From Acidobacteriaceae bacterium (GTDB taxonomy: Bacteria > Acidobacteriota > Terriglobia > Terriglobales > Acidobacteriaceae), in contig CBDIAZ010000003.1 in the NCBI GenBank assembly GCA_965276585.1, forward strand, positions 509,200 to 573,199: 64,000 nucleotides of DNA. Direction: 5' to 3'. The translations under genes and the position numbers were made by a program. How positions within the stretch are numbered: position 1 is the stretch's first letter; each line of letters opens with the position of its first letter. The notes below the pieces were generated by a model. The model saw only the letters and a list, made by a program, of their open reading frames with translations. It was not told the DNA's origin and searched no databases. Shown in pieces: positions 1 to 9,848 of the stretch.

Positions 1-47
1 ATTTCGAAGAGGCTGCTGACGAACCATACGGGCGTACAATCAGACGC

Positions 48-1292
48 ATGAAGGTCACGGTTGGCGTCTCCGGCGGAATTGCGGCTTATAAAGCCGCGGA
101 ACTGGTGCGGGTTCTGCAACAACAGGCGCTCGATGTGCATGTCGCGATGACCGCGGCGGCCCAGCAATTTATTGCGCCGCTGACCTTTGCCGGCCTGACC
201 GGCCACCGCGTCATTACCGGTCTGTGGGACAGCGATGGGCAGATCCCCAACGCCAACTCCGCCATTGAACATATTGCGGAGGCGCAGTCCACGGAAGCGC
301 TGGTGATTGCCCCGGCGACCGCGGACATCCTTGCGAAGCTCGCCCACGGCATGGCCGATGACTTTCTCACCACCATGGCGCTGGCCTCCCCAGCGCCGTT
401 GATTCTTGCGCCCGCCATGAACGTGCAGATGTGGAATCATCCCGCAACCCAGGCGAATCTCGCTACGCTAAGGCAACGTGGCGCGCGGATTGTCGCGCCG
501 GAGAGTGGATATCTCGCCTGCGGCATGGTCGGCGACGGACGGCTTGCGAACACGGAGACGATTGTTGCTGCCGTCCTCGACGCCTTGCATCGCCGGCACG
601 ATCTGGCCAGCGAAACGGTTTTGGTCACCGCCGGCGGCACGCGCGAAGCGCTCGATCCCGTGCGCTACATCGGCAACCGCTCCAGCGGAAAAATGGGCTA
701 TGCGCTTGCCGATGCCGCGCTCGCCCGTGGAGCTCGCGTTGTTTTAATCAGCGCGCCGACGCAGCTGCCCCCGCCGCCTGGCTGCGAGTTTTTCTCCGTG
801 ACAACGGCGGAGGAAATGCGCCGGGCCATTCTGGACCATCTCCCGGAGGCGAGTATAGTAATTAAGGCTGCTGCGGTCGCGGATTATCGCCCGCGTCAAC
901 GCGCAGAACAGAAGATCAAGCGCACCGGACCGATCACCATTGAACTCGAGCCCACGGAAGACATTCTTGCCGAAGTCGTTCGCGCCCGCAAACCCGGCAC
1001 ACTGGTCGTCGGATTCGCCGCCGAGACGGAGCGGCCGCTCGAACATGCGCGCGGCAAACTGGAACGCAAGGGCGCCGACGCCATCGTGCTCAACAATGTC
1101 AGCCGCCCGGAGATTGGGTTCGACTCCGACCGCAATGCGGTGACATTTCTCACCGCGACTGCGTCTCACGAGCTGCCGGAAATGCACAAGCGCGCCTTGG
1201 CAGACTGTATCCTCGATGAAGTTCTCATGCTGCGCCGCCCCGTCCGCGTTGTCGCCGAAATGAACACTGTTTCCGCGCACGCCGCCCGATGA
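48..1292 (+). CDS. coaBC: Bifunctional phosphopantothenoylcysteine decarboxylase / phosphopantothenate--cysteine ligase (CoaBC/Dfp)
   Basis: 414-aa ORF. N-terminal flavoprotein motifs VGVSGGIAAYKAAELVR and PAMN. C-terminal CoaB ligase motifs TAGGTREALDPVRYIGNRSSGKMG and AAAVADYRP. Confidence 0.95.
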   Translation: MKVTVGVSGGIAAYKAAELVRVLQQQALDVHVAMTAAAQQFIAPLTFAGLTGHRVITGLWDSDGQIPNANSAIEHIAEAQSTEALVIAPATADILAKLAHGMADDFLTTMALASPAPLILAPAMNVQMWNHPATQANLATLRQRGARIVAPESGYLACGMVGDGRLANTETIVAAVLDALHRRHDLASETVLVTAGGTREALDPVRYIGNRSSGKMGYALADAALARGARVVLISAPTQLPPPPGCEFFSVTTAEEMRRAILDHLPEASIVIKAAAVADYRPRQRAEQKIKRTGPITIELEPTEDILAEVVRARKPGTLVVGFAAETERPLEHARGKLERKGADAIVLNNVSRPEIGFDSDRNAVTFLTATASHELPEMHKRALADCILDEVLMLRRPVRVVAEMNTVSAHAAR

Positions 1293-1305
1293 TTGAATTC
1301 TGTGC

Positions 1306-2142
1306 ATGACAAATTTCTTGCTTCCGGAACAACGCCAGCAACTCGCCACCCTGCTTGCCTATTGCCGGGAGATGGGTGGCGTGGATTTTTATCGCGGCGC
1401 CGAGGATGTAGCCGTGCCGGATATGCGCGCCGAAGCTCCACCCGATTCCGCAACGCCCAATTCTGTTTTGAATGAGCCGCCTTCTACGATGCCACGCACA
1501 CCTAGTCTTCTCGCGCCTCCTCCGCTCATTGATTTTTCCCTGCCCGCCATCGCGCCCGAAGGTCGTGCAGCAGCGTTGCAGGCCATTCGCGAAGAGATCG
1601 GCGACTGCACCCGTTGCCCGCTCGCCTTTGAGGGCCGCAACCAGATCGTTTTCGGCAATGGCGATCCAAATGCCGAGCTGCTGTTCGTTGGCGAAGGTCC
1701 GGGCGCGGATGAAGATATTCAGGGGCTTCCCTTTGTAGGCCGCGGCGGCCAGTTGCTGAACAACATGATCGGCGCCATGGGTCTGAGCCGCGAGCAGGTC
1801 TATGTTGCCAATATCGTGAAATGCCGCCCACCAAAAAATCGCGTGCCCGAACCGGTCGAAGCTACCACTTGCACGCCGTTTCTGTTCCAGCAGATTGGCG
1901 TCGTTCGACCGAAGCTGATCGTCGCCCTGGGAGCAACGGCAGCGACCTACCTGCTCGGCACGAAAGCCTCTCTTTCCGTGCTGCGCGGAAAAATGCACGA
2001 GTGCATGGGGACGAAGCTGATCGTGACCTATCATCCGGCCTATCTGCTGCGCGATCCGCGTCAGAAGGCAGAGGCGTGGAAGGATCTACAGCTGGCCATG
2101 AAATTCCTCAATCTCGCGCCGCCGAATCGCGCCGGAAGCTAG
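1306..2142 (+). CDS. Uracil-DNA glycosylase, family 4
   Basis: 278 aa. Family-4 UDG motifs CTRCPL, GEGPGADED, FVGRGGQLL, ANIVKCRPP and HPAYLLR. About 90 aa of Pro-rich N-terminal extension. Confidence 0.9.
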   Translation: MTNFLLPEQRQQLATLLAYCREMGGVDFYRGAEDVAVPDMRAEAPPDSATPNSVLNEPPSTMPRTPSLLAPPPLIDFSLPAIAPEGRAAALQAIREEIGDCTRCPLAFEGRNQIVFGNGDPNAELLFVGEGPGADEDIQGLPFVGRGGQLLNNMIGAMGLSREQVYVANIVKCRPPKNRVPEPVEATTCTPFLFQQIGVVRPKLIVALGATAATYLLGTKASLSVLRGKMHECMGTKLIVTYHPAYLLRDPRQKAEAWKDLQLAMKFLNLAPPNRAGS

Positions 2143-2197
2143 AAACCTTGGAAGAGATGCATCCAAATATCAGATAGCCTCTATTCAGGGAGAAAAA

Positions 2198-2881
2198 ATG
2201 GCACAGCACACGCAACTGCAGGCCAAAGACGGCCACAAATTCGACGCCTACATCGCACAGCCAACCGGCGAACCCAAGGCAGGCATTGTTGTTATCCAGG
2301 AAGCTTTTGGTGTCACCGCGCATATCCGCGCCGTCTCCGATGGCTTCGCTCAGGCCGGATATATTGCTATCGCGCCTGCCCTGTACGACCGCGCGGAGCG
2401 CAATGTGGAGCTCGGCTTTGAGCCCGAAAGCTTGAAAAAAGCCATGAGCCTGCTACAGAATATTCAGCCGGAAAAAGCCCTGCTCGATATCGATGCCGCC
2501 ATCGAATACCTGCGCGAACACGGCGCGCGCAAAGTCGGCGTCGTCGGCTACTGCTGGGGAGGGCTGCTGGCCTGGCTGACCAATACCCGCCTGCACCCCG
2601 ATGCCACAGTCTCTTATTACGCCGGCAGAATGGAAAATTACATCAACGAAAAGCCGACGGCTCCGGGCATGTTCCATTTCGGCGAGCGGGACACACACAT
2701 TCCGCAGACGTTGGTGGAGCAGTTGCGGCAGGCCCATCCGGAGCTTTCTATATTTACCTACGACGCCGACCACGGCTTCAATAACAATACCCGCGACAAA
2801 TACAACGAGAAAGCCGCCAGGCAGGCTCAGCAGCGCACGCTCGCGCATTTCGATGAACACCTGGTCGGCAAATCGAAATAA
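2198..2881 (+). CDS. Dienelactone hydrolase family protein (carboxymethylenebutenolidase-like)
   Basis: 227 aa. GGGAG Shine-Dalgarno about 8 nt upstream. DLH-like pattern GIVVIQEAFGV, nucleophile elbow GYCWGG, C-terminal DHGF. Confidence 0.85.
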   Translation: MAQHTQLQAKDGHKFDAYIAQPTGEPKAGIVVIQEAFGVTAHIRAVSDGFAQAGYIAIAPALYDRAERNVELGFEPESLKKAMSLLQNIQPEKALLDIDAAIEYLREHGARKVGVVGYCWGGLLAWLTNTRLHPDATVSYYAGRMENYINEKPTAPGMFHFGERDTHIPQTLVEQLRQAHPELSIFTYDADHGFNNNTRDKYNEKAARQAQQRTLAHFDEHLVGKSK

Positions 2882-2944
2882 CGTGATTTGCGGCTGAGAA
2901 GCCCGCGTTCCCTCACCGTCGCGAAGAGTTCATACTGAAAGCTC

Positions 2945-5407
2945 ATGCCGCTCTACTGTGATGTCGCACTGCCGGTGCCCATTGACCGCACCTTCACCTA
3001 TTCCATCCCAGATGCGCTCCCTGTCATCGGAGGGCGTGTGCTCGTACCCTTCCGCCGCGAACAGCTCCAGGGCATCGTGATCTCCCTGCGCGATCAGGCT
3101 GCAACAGCGGAGACACGATCCATTCTGCGTGTGCTGGATCGCGAGCCGGTACTCTCGCAAGAGTTGCTGCGGATGGGAACCTGGATCGCGGGATATTATC
3201 TCGCGCCGCTAGGAGAAGTGCTGCGTACCATGCTGCCGTTGGGCGCGGAGGTACGGCGGGAAACAGTCTATCGCATCACCGAACGCGGCCGTTCCAAACT
3301 GGCCGAGCCCATGCAGAGAACATTGGAAGAATCCACAGCCGATGATTTCAACTACGCGGTACTCACATATCTCGAAAAAAATGGTGACGCGCGTGCGGCC
3401 ACTCTGCGAGCCAAAATCTCCGTCTCTGTCTCCACGCTGAACCAGCTGGTTTCCAAACGTATGATCGAACGCGAATCCACAATCGCGCCAAAAGAATCGC
3501 GTCGCGCGATGCGTGTCGCCGTTCTAGTTTCAGACGCGCGACTGCCAAAGCTGAATGACAATCAGCAGCGTTTGCTGGCGGAATTGGCCAGTGCAGGCGG
3601 ACGCCTGCCGGTCAGCGAGATTCGAACTCTCTCGATCCCGGAGTCGACCTTGGGAACGTTAGTGCGCCGCGAATTGGTGCGGATCGAAGAATTCCCGGCC
3701 AACGGCCTTTTCGACGGCTTCGATCTATCGAACGATCTGCCGGGCTCGTCCGTTCCCGTCGAAGCCATGCTGAACGATGCGCAGCGCGAAACCATGCTGC
3801 AGATCGCGGCCAGCGTTCACACCCGAAAATTTCAATCGTTCCTGCTGCATGGCGTTACCGGCTCCGGAAAAACCGCCGTCTACATTGCCGCCATGCAACG
3901 CACGCTCAATGCTGGATTGTCCAGTCTGCTGCTGGTCCCGGAGATTGGCCTGACCCCGGCGATGGTTGCGCAGCTGCGTTCCACTTTTGGCGATCAGGTG
4001 GCGCTGTTGCACTCCGCGCTCAACGCCGCAGAACGCACCGCCCAGTGGCACAGAATTCGCCGCGGCGAAGCGCATGTAATCGTCGGCACGCGTTCCGCCA
4101 TCTTCGCGCCCATCGCCGACCTTGCGCTGATCGTGGTCGACGAGGAACACGACACGTCCTACAAGCAGGCCGACCTGCCGCGATATCACGCCCGCGATGT
4201 CGCGGTCATGCGCGCCAAGTTTGCCGGCGCGACCATCGTTCTCGGCTCCGCCACGCCATCGCTTGAGTCCTGGTCGAATGCGCAACGCGGCAAATACACC
4301 CTGCTCGCCATGAAAGAACGGATCGGCAAACGGCCGCTTCCGGAAGTATCGCTGATCGACATGCGGCGCGAGTTCACCGAAACCGGCAAAGAAGATTTAG
4401 TCTCCCGCGCGCTTCATGAAGAGATCGAAGCCACGTTGGGCCGAGGCGAACAGGCCATGCTGCTGCTGAATCGACGCGGCTATTCCTTTGTGGTCATGTG
4501 TCGCGCCTGCGGAGAAAAGCTGCAATGTGAGAACTGCGCCATCGCCCTGACCCATCACAAAACTACCGCCGACGGTTCCCCGCACCACCAGCGCATGGAA
4601 TGCCATTATTGCGGCTTTCGCCGAACGGTGCCGAAGCATTGTCCCTCATGCGAAAGCGAACATCTTTATTTCTTCGGCATCGGCTCGCAGCAGGGTGAAG
4701 AACGTCTGCAGGAGATTTTTCCCCACGCCCGCATCGCCCGCATGGACCGCGATACCATGCGCAGTCACCGCGATTATGAACGCATCCTGGCGCGCCTGCA
4801 CAGCGGCGAAGTAAATCTACTGGTCGGCACGCAGATGATCGCTAAGGGCCACGACATCCACGGCGTCACATTAGTCGGCGTTATCGGAGTCGACCACGCA
4901 CTCAGCCTGCCGGACTTTCGTTCCGCCGAGCGCGTCTTTCAACTGCTGACCCAGGTTGCCGGCCGCGCCGGCCGCGGCGAGCTTCCCGGCCGCGTCTTGG
5001 TGCAGACGCATCATTTAGATCATTACGCGATTCGTTGCGCAGCCAAACATAATTACGCCGCATTCGTCGAACAGGAAATGCGCTATCGCCGTTTGCTGCA
5101 TTATCCGCCCGCTGCCGTGCTTACCAACGTACTCATCGAGCACAGCGATATATCGAAGGCATCGCAATGGGCTGGCCAACTGGGACAATGGTTCCAGCAT
5201 CAGACCCTTCCAGGCGTGCGTATGCTGGGGCCGGCGACAGCGCCTATCGCGCGCATCAAACGCATCCATCGCTTTCATTTGATTTTGAAATCCGCCGACC
5301 GCAGACAATTGGCCGCGGCCATCCGAAAAATGCTTGCATTCGCGGACTCAGCGGAGATACCCCGTCGTCATATCACCATCGATGTCGACGCGATGCAGTT
5401 GATGTAG
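2945..5407 (+). CDS. priA: Primosomal protein N' (replication restart helicase PriA)
   Basis: 820 aa. Walker A GVTGSGKT, DEEH box, Cys-rich zinc insertion (CRACGEKLQCENC ... CHYCG ... CPSC), helicase C-terminal domain. Confidence 0.95.
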   Translation: MPLYCDVALPVPIDRTFTYSIPDALPVIGGRVLVPFRREQLQGIVISLRDQAATAETRSILRVLDREPVLSQELLRMGTWIAGYYLAPLGEVLRTMLPLGAEVRRETVYRITERGRSKLAEPMQRTLEESTADDFNYAVLTYLEKNGDARAATLRAKISVSVSTLNQLVSKRMIERESTIAPKESRRAMRVAVLVSDARLPKLNDNQQRLLAELASAGGRLPVSEIRTLSIPESTLGTLVRRELVRIEEFPANGLFDGFDLSNDLPGSSVPVEAMLNDAQRETMLQIAASVHTRKFQSFLLHGVTGSGKTAVYIAAMQRTLNAGLSSLLLVPEIGLTPAMVAQLRSTFGDQVALLHSALNAAERTAQWHRIRRGEAHVIVGTRSAIFAPIADLALIVVDEEHDTSYKQADLPRYHARDVAVMRAKFAGATIVLGSATPSLESWSNAQRGKYTLLAMKERIGKRPLPEVSLIDMRREFTETGKEDLVSRALHEEIEATLGRGEQAMLLLNRRGYSFVVMCRACGEKLQCENCAIALTHHKTTADGSPHHQRMECHYCGFRRTVPKHCPSCESEHLYFFGIGSQQGEERLQEIFPHARIARMDRDTMRSHRDYERILARLHSGEVNLLVGTQMIAKGHDIHGVTLVGVIGVDHALSLPDFRSAERVFQLLTQVAGRAGRGELPGRVLVQTHHLDHYAIRCAAKHNYAAFVEQEMRYRRLLHYPPAAVLTNVLIEHSDISKASQWAGQLGQWFQHQTLPGVRMLGPATAPIARIKRIHRFHLILKSADRRQLAAAIRKMLAFADSAEIPRRHITIDVDAMQLM

Positions 5408-5417
5408 CTACAACCCT

Positions 5418-5573
5418 AGAGCATTTCTCCTGAAGGTGTGTAGTGGAAATGTGAACTCGGCGTGGCCGTTCCCCAATCCGGGGTCCCCAGCGCACGATCC
5501 TTGTGCGCTGGGGTGGGAAGAACGGACACACATCGAGGATCTCGCCACACGGCAGTATCAGGAGAAATGCTCT
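5418..5573. repeat. MITE-like structured interspersed repeat, family 2 (full-length copy)
   Basis: Perfect 16-bp terminal inverted repeats: AGAGCATTTCTCCTGA (5418-5433) and TCAGGAGAAATGCTCT (5558-5573). Central hairpin CCCCAGCGCAC-N7-GTGCGCTGGGG (5485-5513). A second copy lies at 28739-28849. Sits between convergent priA and rapZ. Confidence 0.8.
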
Positions 5574-6567
5574 AACGCGGCATATCGCGATGGATGCACT
5601 TGACCGTGTATCCATCCTTTTGCAACAGCTTTTGCATTTCCTCAGCGATCATCACCGACCGATGCTGGCCCCCAGTGCAACCGAACGCCACACTCAGATA
5701 GCTCTTTCCTTCCTGCACATAATGCGGCAACAGAAACAAAAGCAGTTCGTGAACCTTCCGCATAAACTCTTTCGTCTCTGGAAATTTTTGAATGTAGCGA
5801 ACCACTTTCGGGTCTTGTCCGGTAAGCGGGCGAAATTCCGGAATGAAATGCGGATTGGGCAGGAAGCGTACATCGAACACCAAGTCGGCTTCCTGTGGAA
5901 CGCCATTTTTGTATCCGAAGCTGATGGTCGAAATCAGCAGATTCTTTTCGCCGCTCTCCGGCTGAAAAAGTCCGTTAATGTGGGCCCGCAGTTCATGAAC
6001 GTTAAAGTTTGTCGTGTCGATACAGACATCCGCAATATTCCGCAGCGGTTCCAGCAGATCGCGCTCCGACTGGATTGAACGGCGGATCGTGTCGATGCGG
6101 CTCAAAGGATGGGGCCGCCGAGTCTCCGAAAAACGGCGCATCAACACGTCGTCCGACGCTTCTAAAAATAGAAAGCGTGTAGAGGTCGTCTGCCGAACCT
6201 TACGCAGAATTTTCGGGAAGCGGTCCAGCTGCGCGCCTTCGCGCACATCGACGACCAGCGCCGCGCGATTGGTCTCCGGCGACTGGCGGATCAGATCGGC
6301 AAACCGGGGAATCAGATCGACCGGCAAATTGTCGACAGAATAATATCCAAGATCTTCAAACGCCTTGAGCGCCGACAACTTTCCGGAACCGGACATGCCG
6401 GTGACAATGACTAATTCGTTCTCGCCCAGAGGACGCTTCCCGTCCGGCTTCAAGGAGAGGGGCGCGCCATCGGAAGCAGCCCGCTTGCCGGCTTTTTCCA
6501 CGTGTGCGCTCGATCCGCGCCTGACTGGTGCGGCCTTTTTTCCATTCGCGTCTCCAGTGCGCTTCAT
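5572..6567 (-). CDS. rapZ: RNase adapter protein RapZ (YvcJ/YhbJ family P-loop NTPase)
   Basis: P-loop GMSGSGKLSA. C-terminal RapZ motifs FDVRFLPNP and GCTGGQHRSV. ATG at 6567 has a GAAGAGGA SD. The track ORF extends to a TTG at 6645. Either start leaves a basic low-complexity N-terminal extension. Confidence 0.85.
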   Translation of the reverse strand: MKRTGDANGKKAAPVRRGSSAHVEKAGKRAASDGAPLSLKPDGKRPLGENELVIVTGMSGSGKLSALKAFEDLGYYSVDNLPVDLIPRFADLIRQSPETNRAALVVDVREGAQLDRFPKILRKVRQTTSTRFLFLEASDDVLMRRFSETRRPHPLSRIDTIRRSIQSERDLLEPLRNIADVCIDTTNFNVHELRAHINGLFQPESGEKNLLISTISFGYKNGVPQEADLVFDVRFLPNPHFIPEFRPLTGQDPKVVRYIQKFPETKEFMRKVHELLLFLLPHYVQEGKSYLSVAFGCTGGQHRSVMIAEEMQKLLQKDGYTVKCIHRDMPR

Positions 6568-6663
6568 GCATCCTCTTCCGTTCGGGAGTGAAGGCAGTTC
6601 AGAACTCTTCGGATCGGCGCGGTCGGCAGCCGATCCGGATTTCAACCGAATAATTTCGATGGT

Positions 6664-7245
6664 TCAGGAGACTTCGATCAGCCGCACAATGCCGTCGCCC
6701 GCACAATGCAGGACTTTCACGTCGCCCGTCATATCGCGAAACACGAAGACCTGCTGATCGCGCGACTCCGCCTCTTTCACCGCTTCTTCGATCGTCATCG
6801 GACGCTGCGCCATCGACTCCGGCGCCGGAACGACGTGCAGTCCGGAAACTTTCCCATTCGTACCAACAGTTTTTTTCACGCGAACGCGGCCACGCGCCGG
6901 CGGCTGCGGTTCCGGCGTAATCTCGGGAAGCACCGCGCTGATCGGCTGCCCCTGACGCTTTTTTTCAAGGAAGCTCTTCTTGCGGCGAATTGCCTGCCGC
7001 TCCGCTTTCTCAAGCGCGGTACGCAACGCAATGGTTAAATCCGGCGCCTCCGCCAACCCGACCACTGTGTGCTGGTGCGCCTTCACCGTCACTTCCGCAA
7101 TCTCCGCATGTTTCTGAGAGCTGAAAATCACATGGGCGCTGGCGCCCCTGCCGACAATTTTTTCAATGCGCGCTAAGCCTTCGTCGGCCATCTTGCGCAG
7201 CTCTTTGGTCACTTTTACTTTTCTTCCGGTGAGTTCAGAATCCAT
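6664..7245 (-). CDS. hpf: Ribosome hibernation promoting factor (long HPF)
   Basis: 193 aa. N-terminal S30AE/RaiA-like domain plus a long-HPF C-terminal domain (QVFVFRDMTGDVKVLHCAGDGIVRLIEV). Conserved position downstream of rpoN. Confidence 0.9.
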   Translation of the reverse strand: MDSELTGRKVKVTKELRKMADEGLARIEKIVGRGASAHVIFSSQKHAEIAEVTVKAHQHTVVGLAEAPDLTIALRTALEKAERQAIRRKKSFLEKKRQGQPISAVLPEITPEPQPPARGRVRVKKTVGTNGKVSGLHVVPAPESMAQRPMTIEEAVKEAESRDQQVFVFRDMTGDVKVLHCAGDGIVRLIEVS

Positions 7246-7280
7246 GCATCCTCCAAATCGTTTTGAATCATTCTAATTTC

Positions 7281-9017
7281 TCAGATGCGTATGCGGCGCT
7301 GATGTGTGCTGGGAATGCCCATGTCTTCCCGATATTTCGCGACTGTGCGGCGATTGACCGCAATCCCCTGTGCCTGCAATAAGCTCGCAATAGCATCGTC
7401 GGTCAGCGGCTTGCGGGAATCTTCTTCTTCAATCATTTTTTTCACCTTGCGCTTCAGCAGCAGCAGCGGAGTCTCTGAACCCTCGGGCCCGTTCACCGCT
7501 TCGGTGAAAAAGAAGCGCAGCTCGTAGACACCCTGCGGTGTATGCACGTATTTATTGGCCACGGCGCGGCTCACCGTCGAGGCGTGCACGCCAATCTCTT
7601 CCGCCACTTCCTTGATCATCATCGGCCTGAGCGAGTCGACGCCGTCTTCGAGAAATTCTCGCTGGCGCCGAACGATCACTTCGCAGGTGCGCAGAATCGT
7701 GTTCTTGCGCTGCTCGATATTGCGCATCAACTGGATCGCGGAACGATACCGCTCCTTCACATAATCGCGAACTTCGCGTTCGGTGCCTTCCTGAGTCAGC
7801 ATGCGGCGATAGCCCTGGTTCAGACGCAGCGTCGGCATCTCTTCATCGTTGATCAGGATGACATATTCGTCGTCGCGCTTGGCAAATGCCACGTCGGGCT
7901 CAATCAGCCGCGGCTGTTCGCGGTTATAGCGCTGACCCGGTTTTGGATCCAGTCCGCGAATCGACTCGATCGCCAGCTGCACGCGAGTTTGTTTGCTGCC
8001 AGTCAGCTTGGATAATTCGCGAATATCGCGCTTCAACAGGTGCGGTAAAAATTCGTCGATGATCCGCCGCGCCAGCGCCATCACCGCATCTGCCTCGGCC
8101 AGAATCTGATCGGCCGCGTCGCTGTCCTGTATTGAGGCTTCGCCCTCGGCAGCTTCCGCAGCCGCCACCAGCTGAATCGTCGCCGCCAGCGCTTCAGCCT
8201 CCTGCAGCCGCACGTCCAGTTGCGTCAGCAGGCACTCGCGAAGATCGCGCGCCGCGATTCCCACCGGATCGAGCCGCCGCACAATCTGCAGCGCCTCCGC
8301 CAGATCGCGCTTCAATGCCGCCGGATATTCGACTGCCGCTTCCGGTTGCGCCGCTACCGAAAAATCCCGAGCGCCATTGAGTGCGGCATGATCGTGTCGC
8401 TCGAAACCGTTCATCGCAGCATTGGAATCCCGGTCCGCGGCGCTCGCCTCTTCCATCGCCGCCGCCTGCGGTTCTGTCGCAGCAGTCCACTGAAGATTTT
8501 GCTCCTTCACCAGCGCAGCCAGCAGTTCCTCATCGCTGGCCGTCAGGTATCCATCTTCATCCAGGTTGCCGATCACCAGCTCCGCGGCTTCGCGCACACC
8601 GGGCGAAAGATGCAGCGAACCCAGCTGCCACATCATATGGTCAGTCAGTGTTGTGGGCTTTGAAAGAAAATTCTCGAACGATGGCTTTTCGTTGATCTCG
8701 CTGCTCTGCGGAGTGCGATAACCCGGGTCGAGATAATCCTGAAAATAGGAGCCGAAATCGATTTCGTCGAAGGGATCCCGCTCCTCGGTTGCCGTTTCGG
8801 CAGCGGGAGCGGCTTCCTCCGGAGTACGCACATCGTCCAGGATCGGAACCGTTTCTTCCAGTTCCTCCAGCACGGGATTCTCCAGAATCTCCGCGTCGAT
8901 CATTTCTTTCAATTCCTGCTTGTTCAAGGCCAGCAGGCTGACCATTTGGACGAGCCCCGGCGTCAGCACCTGTTTCTGTGCGACCTTCAAATTAAGCCTG
9001 GGTTGCAGTAGAGCCAT
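7281..9017 (-). CDS. rpoN: RNA polymerase sigma-54 factor
   Basis: 578 aa. Region I MALLQPRLNLKVAQKQVLTPGL, long acidic region II, C-terminal HTH and RpoN box (RRTVAKYRE). Confidence 0.95.
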   Translation of the reverse strand: MALLQPRLNLKVAQKQVLTPGLVQMVSLLALNKQELKEMIDAEILENPVLEELEETVPILDDVRTPEEAAPAAETATEERDPFDEIDFGSYFQDYLDPGYRTPQSSEINEKPSFENFLSKPTTLTDHMMWQLGSLHLSPGVREAAELVIGNLDEDGYLTASDEELLAALVKEQNLQWTAATEPQAAAMEEASAADRDSNAAMNGFERHDHAALNGARDFSVAAQPEAAVEYPAALKRDLAEALQIVRRLDPVGIAARDLRECLLTQLDVRLQEAEALAATIQLVAAAEAAEGEASIQDSDAADQILAEADAVMALARRIIDEFLPHLLKRDIRELSKLTGSKQTRVQLAIESIRGLDPKPGQRYNREQPRLIEPDVAFAKRDDEYVILINDEEMPTLRLNQGYRRMLTQEGTEREVRDYVKERYRSAIQLMRNIEQRKNTILRTCEVIVRRQREFLEDGVDSLRPMMIKEVAEEIGVHASTVSRAVANKYVHTPQGVYELRFFFTEAVNGPEGSETPLLLLKRKVKKMIEEEDSRKPLTDDAIASLLQAQGIAVNRRTVAKYREDMGIPSTHQRRIRI

Positions 9018-9119
9018 GGCAGAAATCTCAGTTGTAATGAATGTATTCCCAGTTTACATGGGAAGAGATTCGCTGGTGTCGATAACTTAAGGGAGAATAA
9101 ACGCGGCGCGACTCGGAAG

Positions 9120-9848
9120 TTACCCCAGGGTAAAACCCTCGCCGAGATAGACGCGACGCACCTCCGGATCGTTGCCCAGTTCCGAGGGCGTACCGGTGCG
9201 AAAAATCTTTCCTTCGTTGATGATGTAGGCCCGGTCGGTTACCGTCAGCGTCTCTCGCACATTGTGGTCGGTAATCAGCACGCCGTAGCCGCTGGCCTTC
9301 AGGTCGAAAATAATATCCTGCAAATCGTGCACGGCGATTGGGTCGATACCGGAAAAGGGCTCGTCCAGCAGAATGAAATTCGGTTCGATGCACAGGCAGC
9401 GCGCGATCTCAACCCGGCGACGTTCGCCGCCGGAAAGCGCATAACCGCGCGTTTTGCGCACATGCCCCAGGCTCAGTTGCTCCACCAGCCGCTCCATGCG
9501 CGCGCGCCGCTTTTCCCATCCGCCCGGCTGGGTTTCCAGCACCGCCAGAATATTTTCTTCCACCGTCAGCTTGCGAAAAACCGATGGCTCCTGCGGCAGA
9601 TAGCTGATGCCGAAATTCCGAGCCCGCAGATACATCGGTAGCCGGGTTATATCCTGGTCGCCTACCATCACCCGGCCGGAGTCGGGCTGCACCAGGCCGA
9701 CGATCATGTAAAAGCTGGTGGTCTTGCCCGCGCCGTTCGGCCCCAGCAGGCCGACCACCTCACCCTTGTGTATCTCCAGGCTGACGCCGCGCACCACCTG
9801 TCTTCCGCGATAATGCTTTGCCAGCTGGTCGGTTCTGAGCTGCTGCAT
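9120..9848 (-). CDS. lptB: LPS export ABC transporter ATP-binding protein LptB
   Basis: 242 aa. Walker [10 protein letters not shown], signature LSGGERRR, Walker B ILLDEP. Its start abuts the stop of the upstream Lpt gene. lptB-rpoN synteny. Confidence 0.95.
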   Translation of the reverse strand: MQQLRTDQLAKHYRGRQVVRGVSLEIHKGEVVGLLGPNGAGKTTSFYMIVGLVQPDSGRVMVGDQDITRLPMYLRARNFGISYLPQEPSVFRKLTVEENILAVLETQPGGWEKRRARMERLVEQLSLGHVRKTRGYALSGGERRRVEIARCLCIEPNFILLDEPFSGIDPIAVHDLQDIIFDLKASGYGVLITDHNVRETLTVTDRAYIINEGKIFRTGTPSELGNDPEVRRVYLGEGFTLG

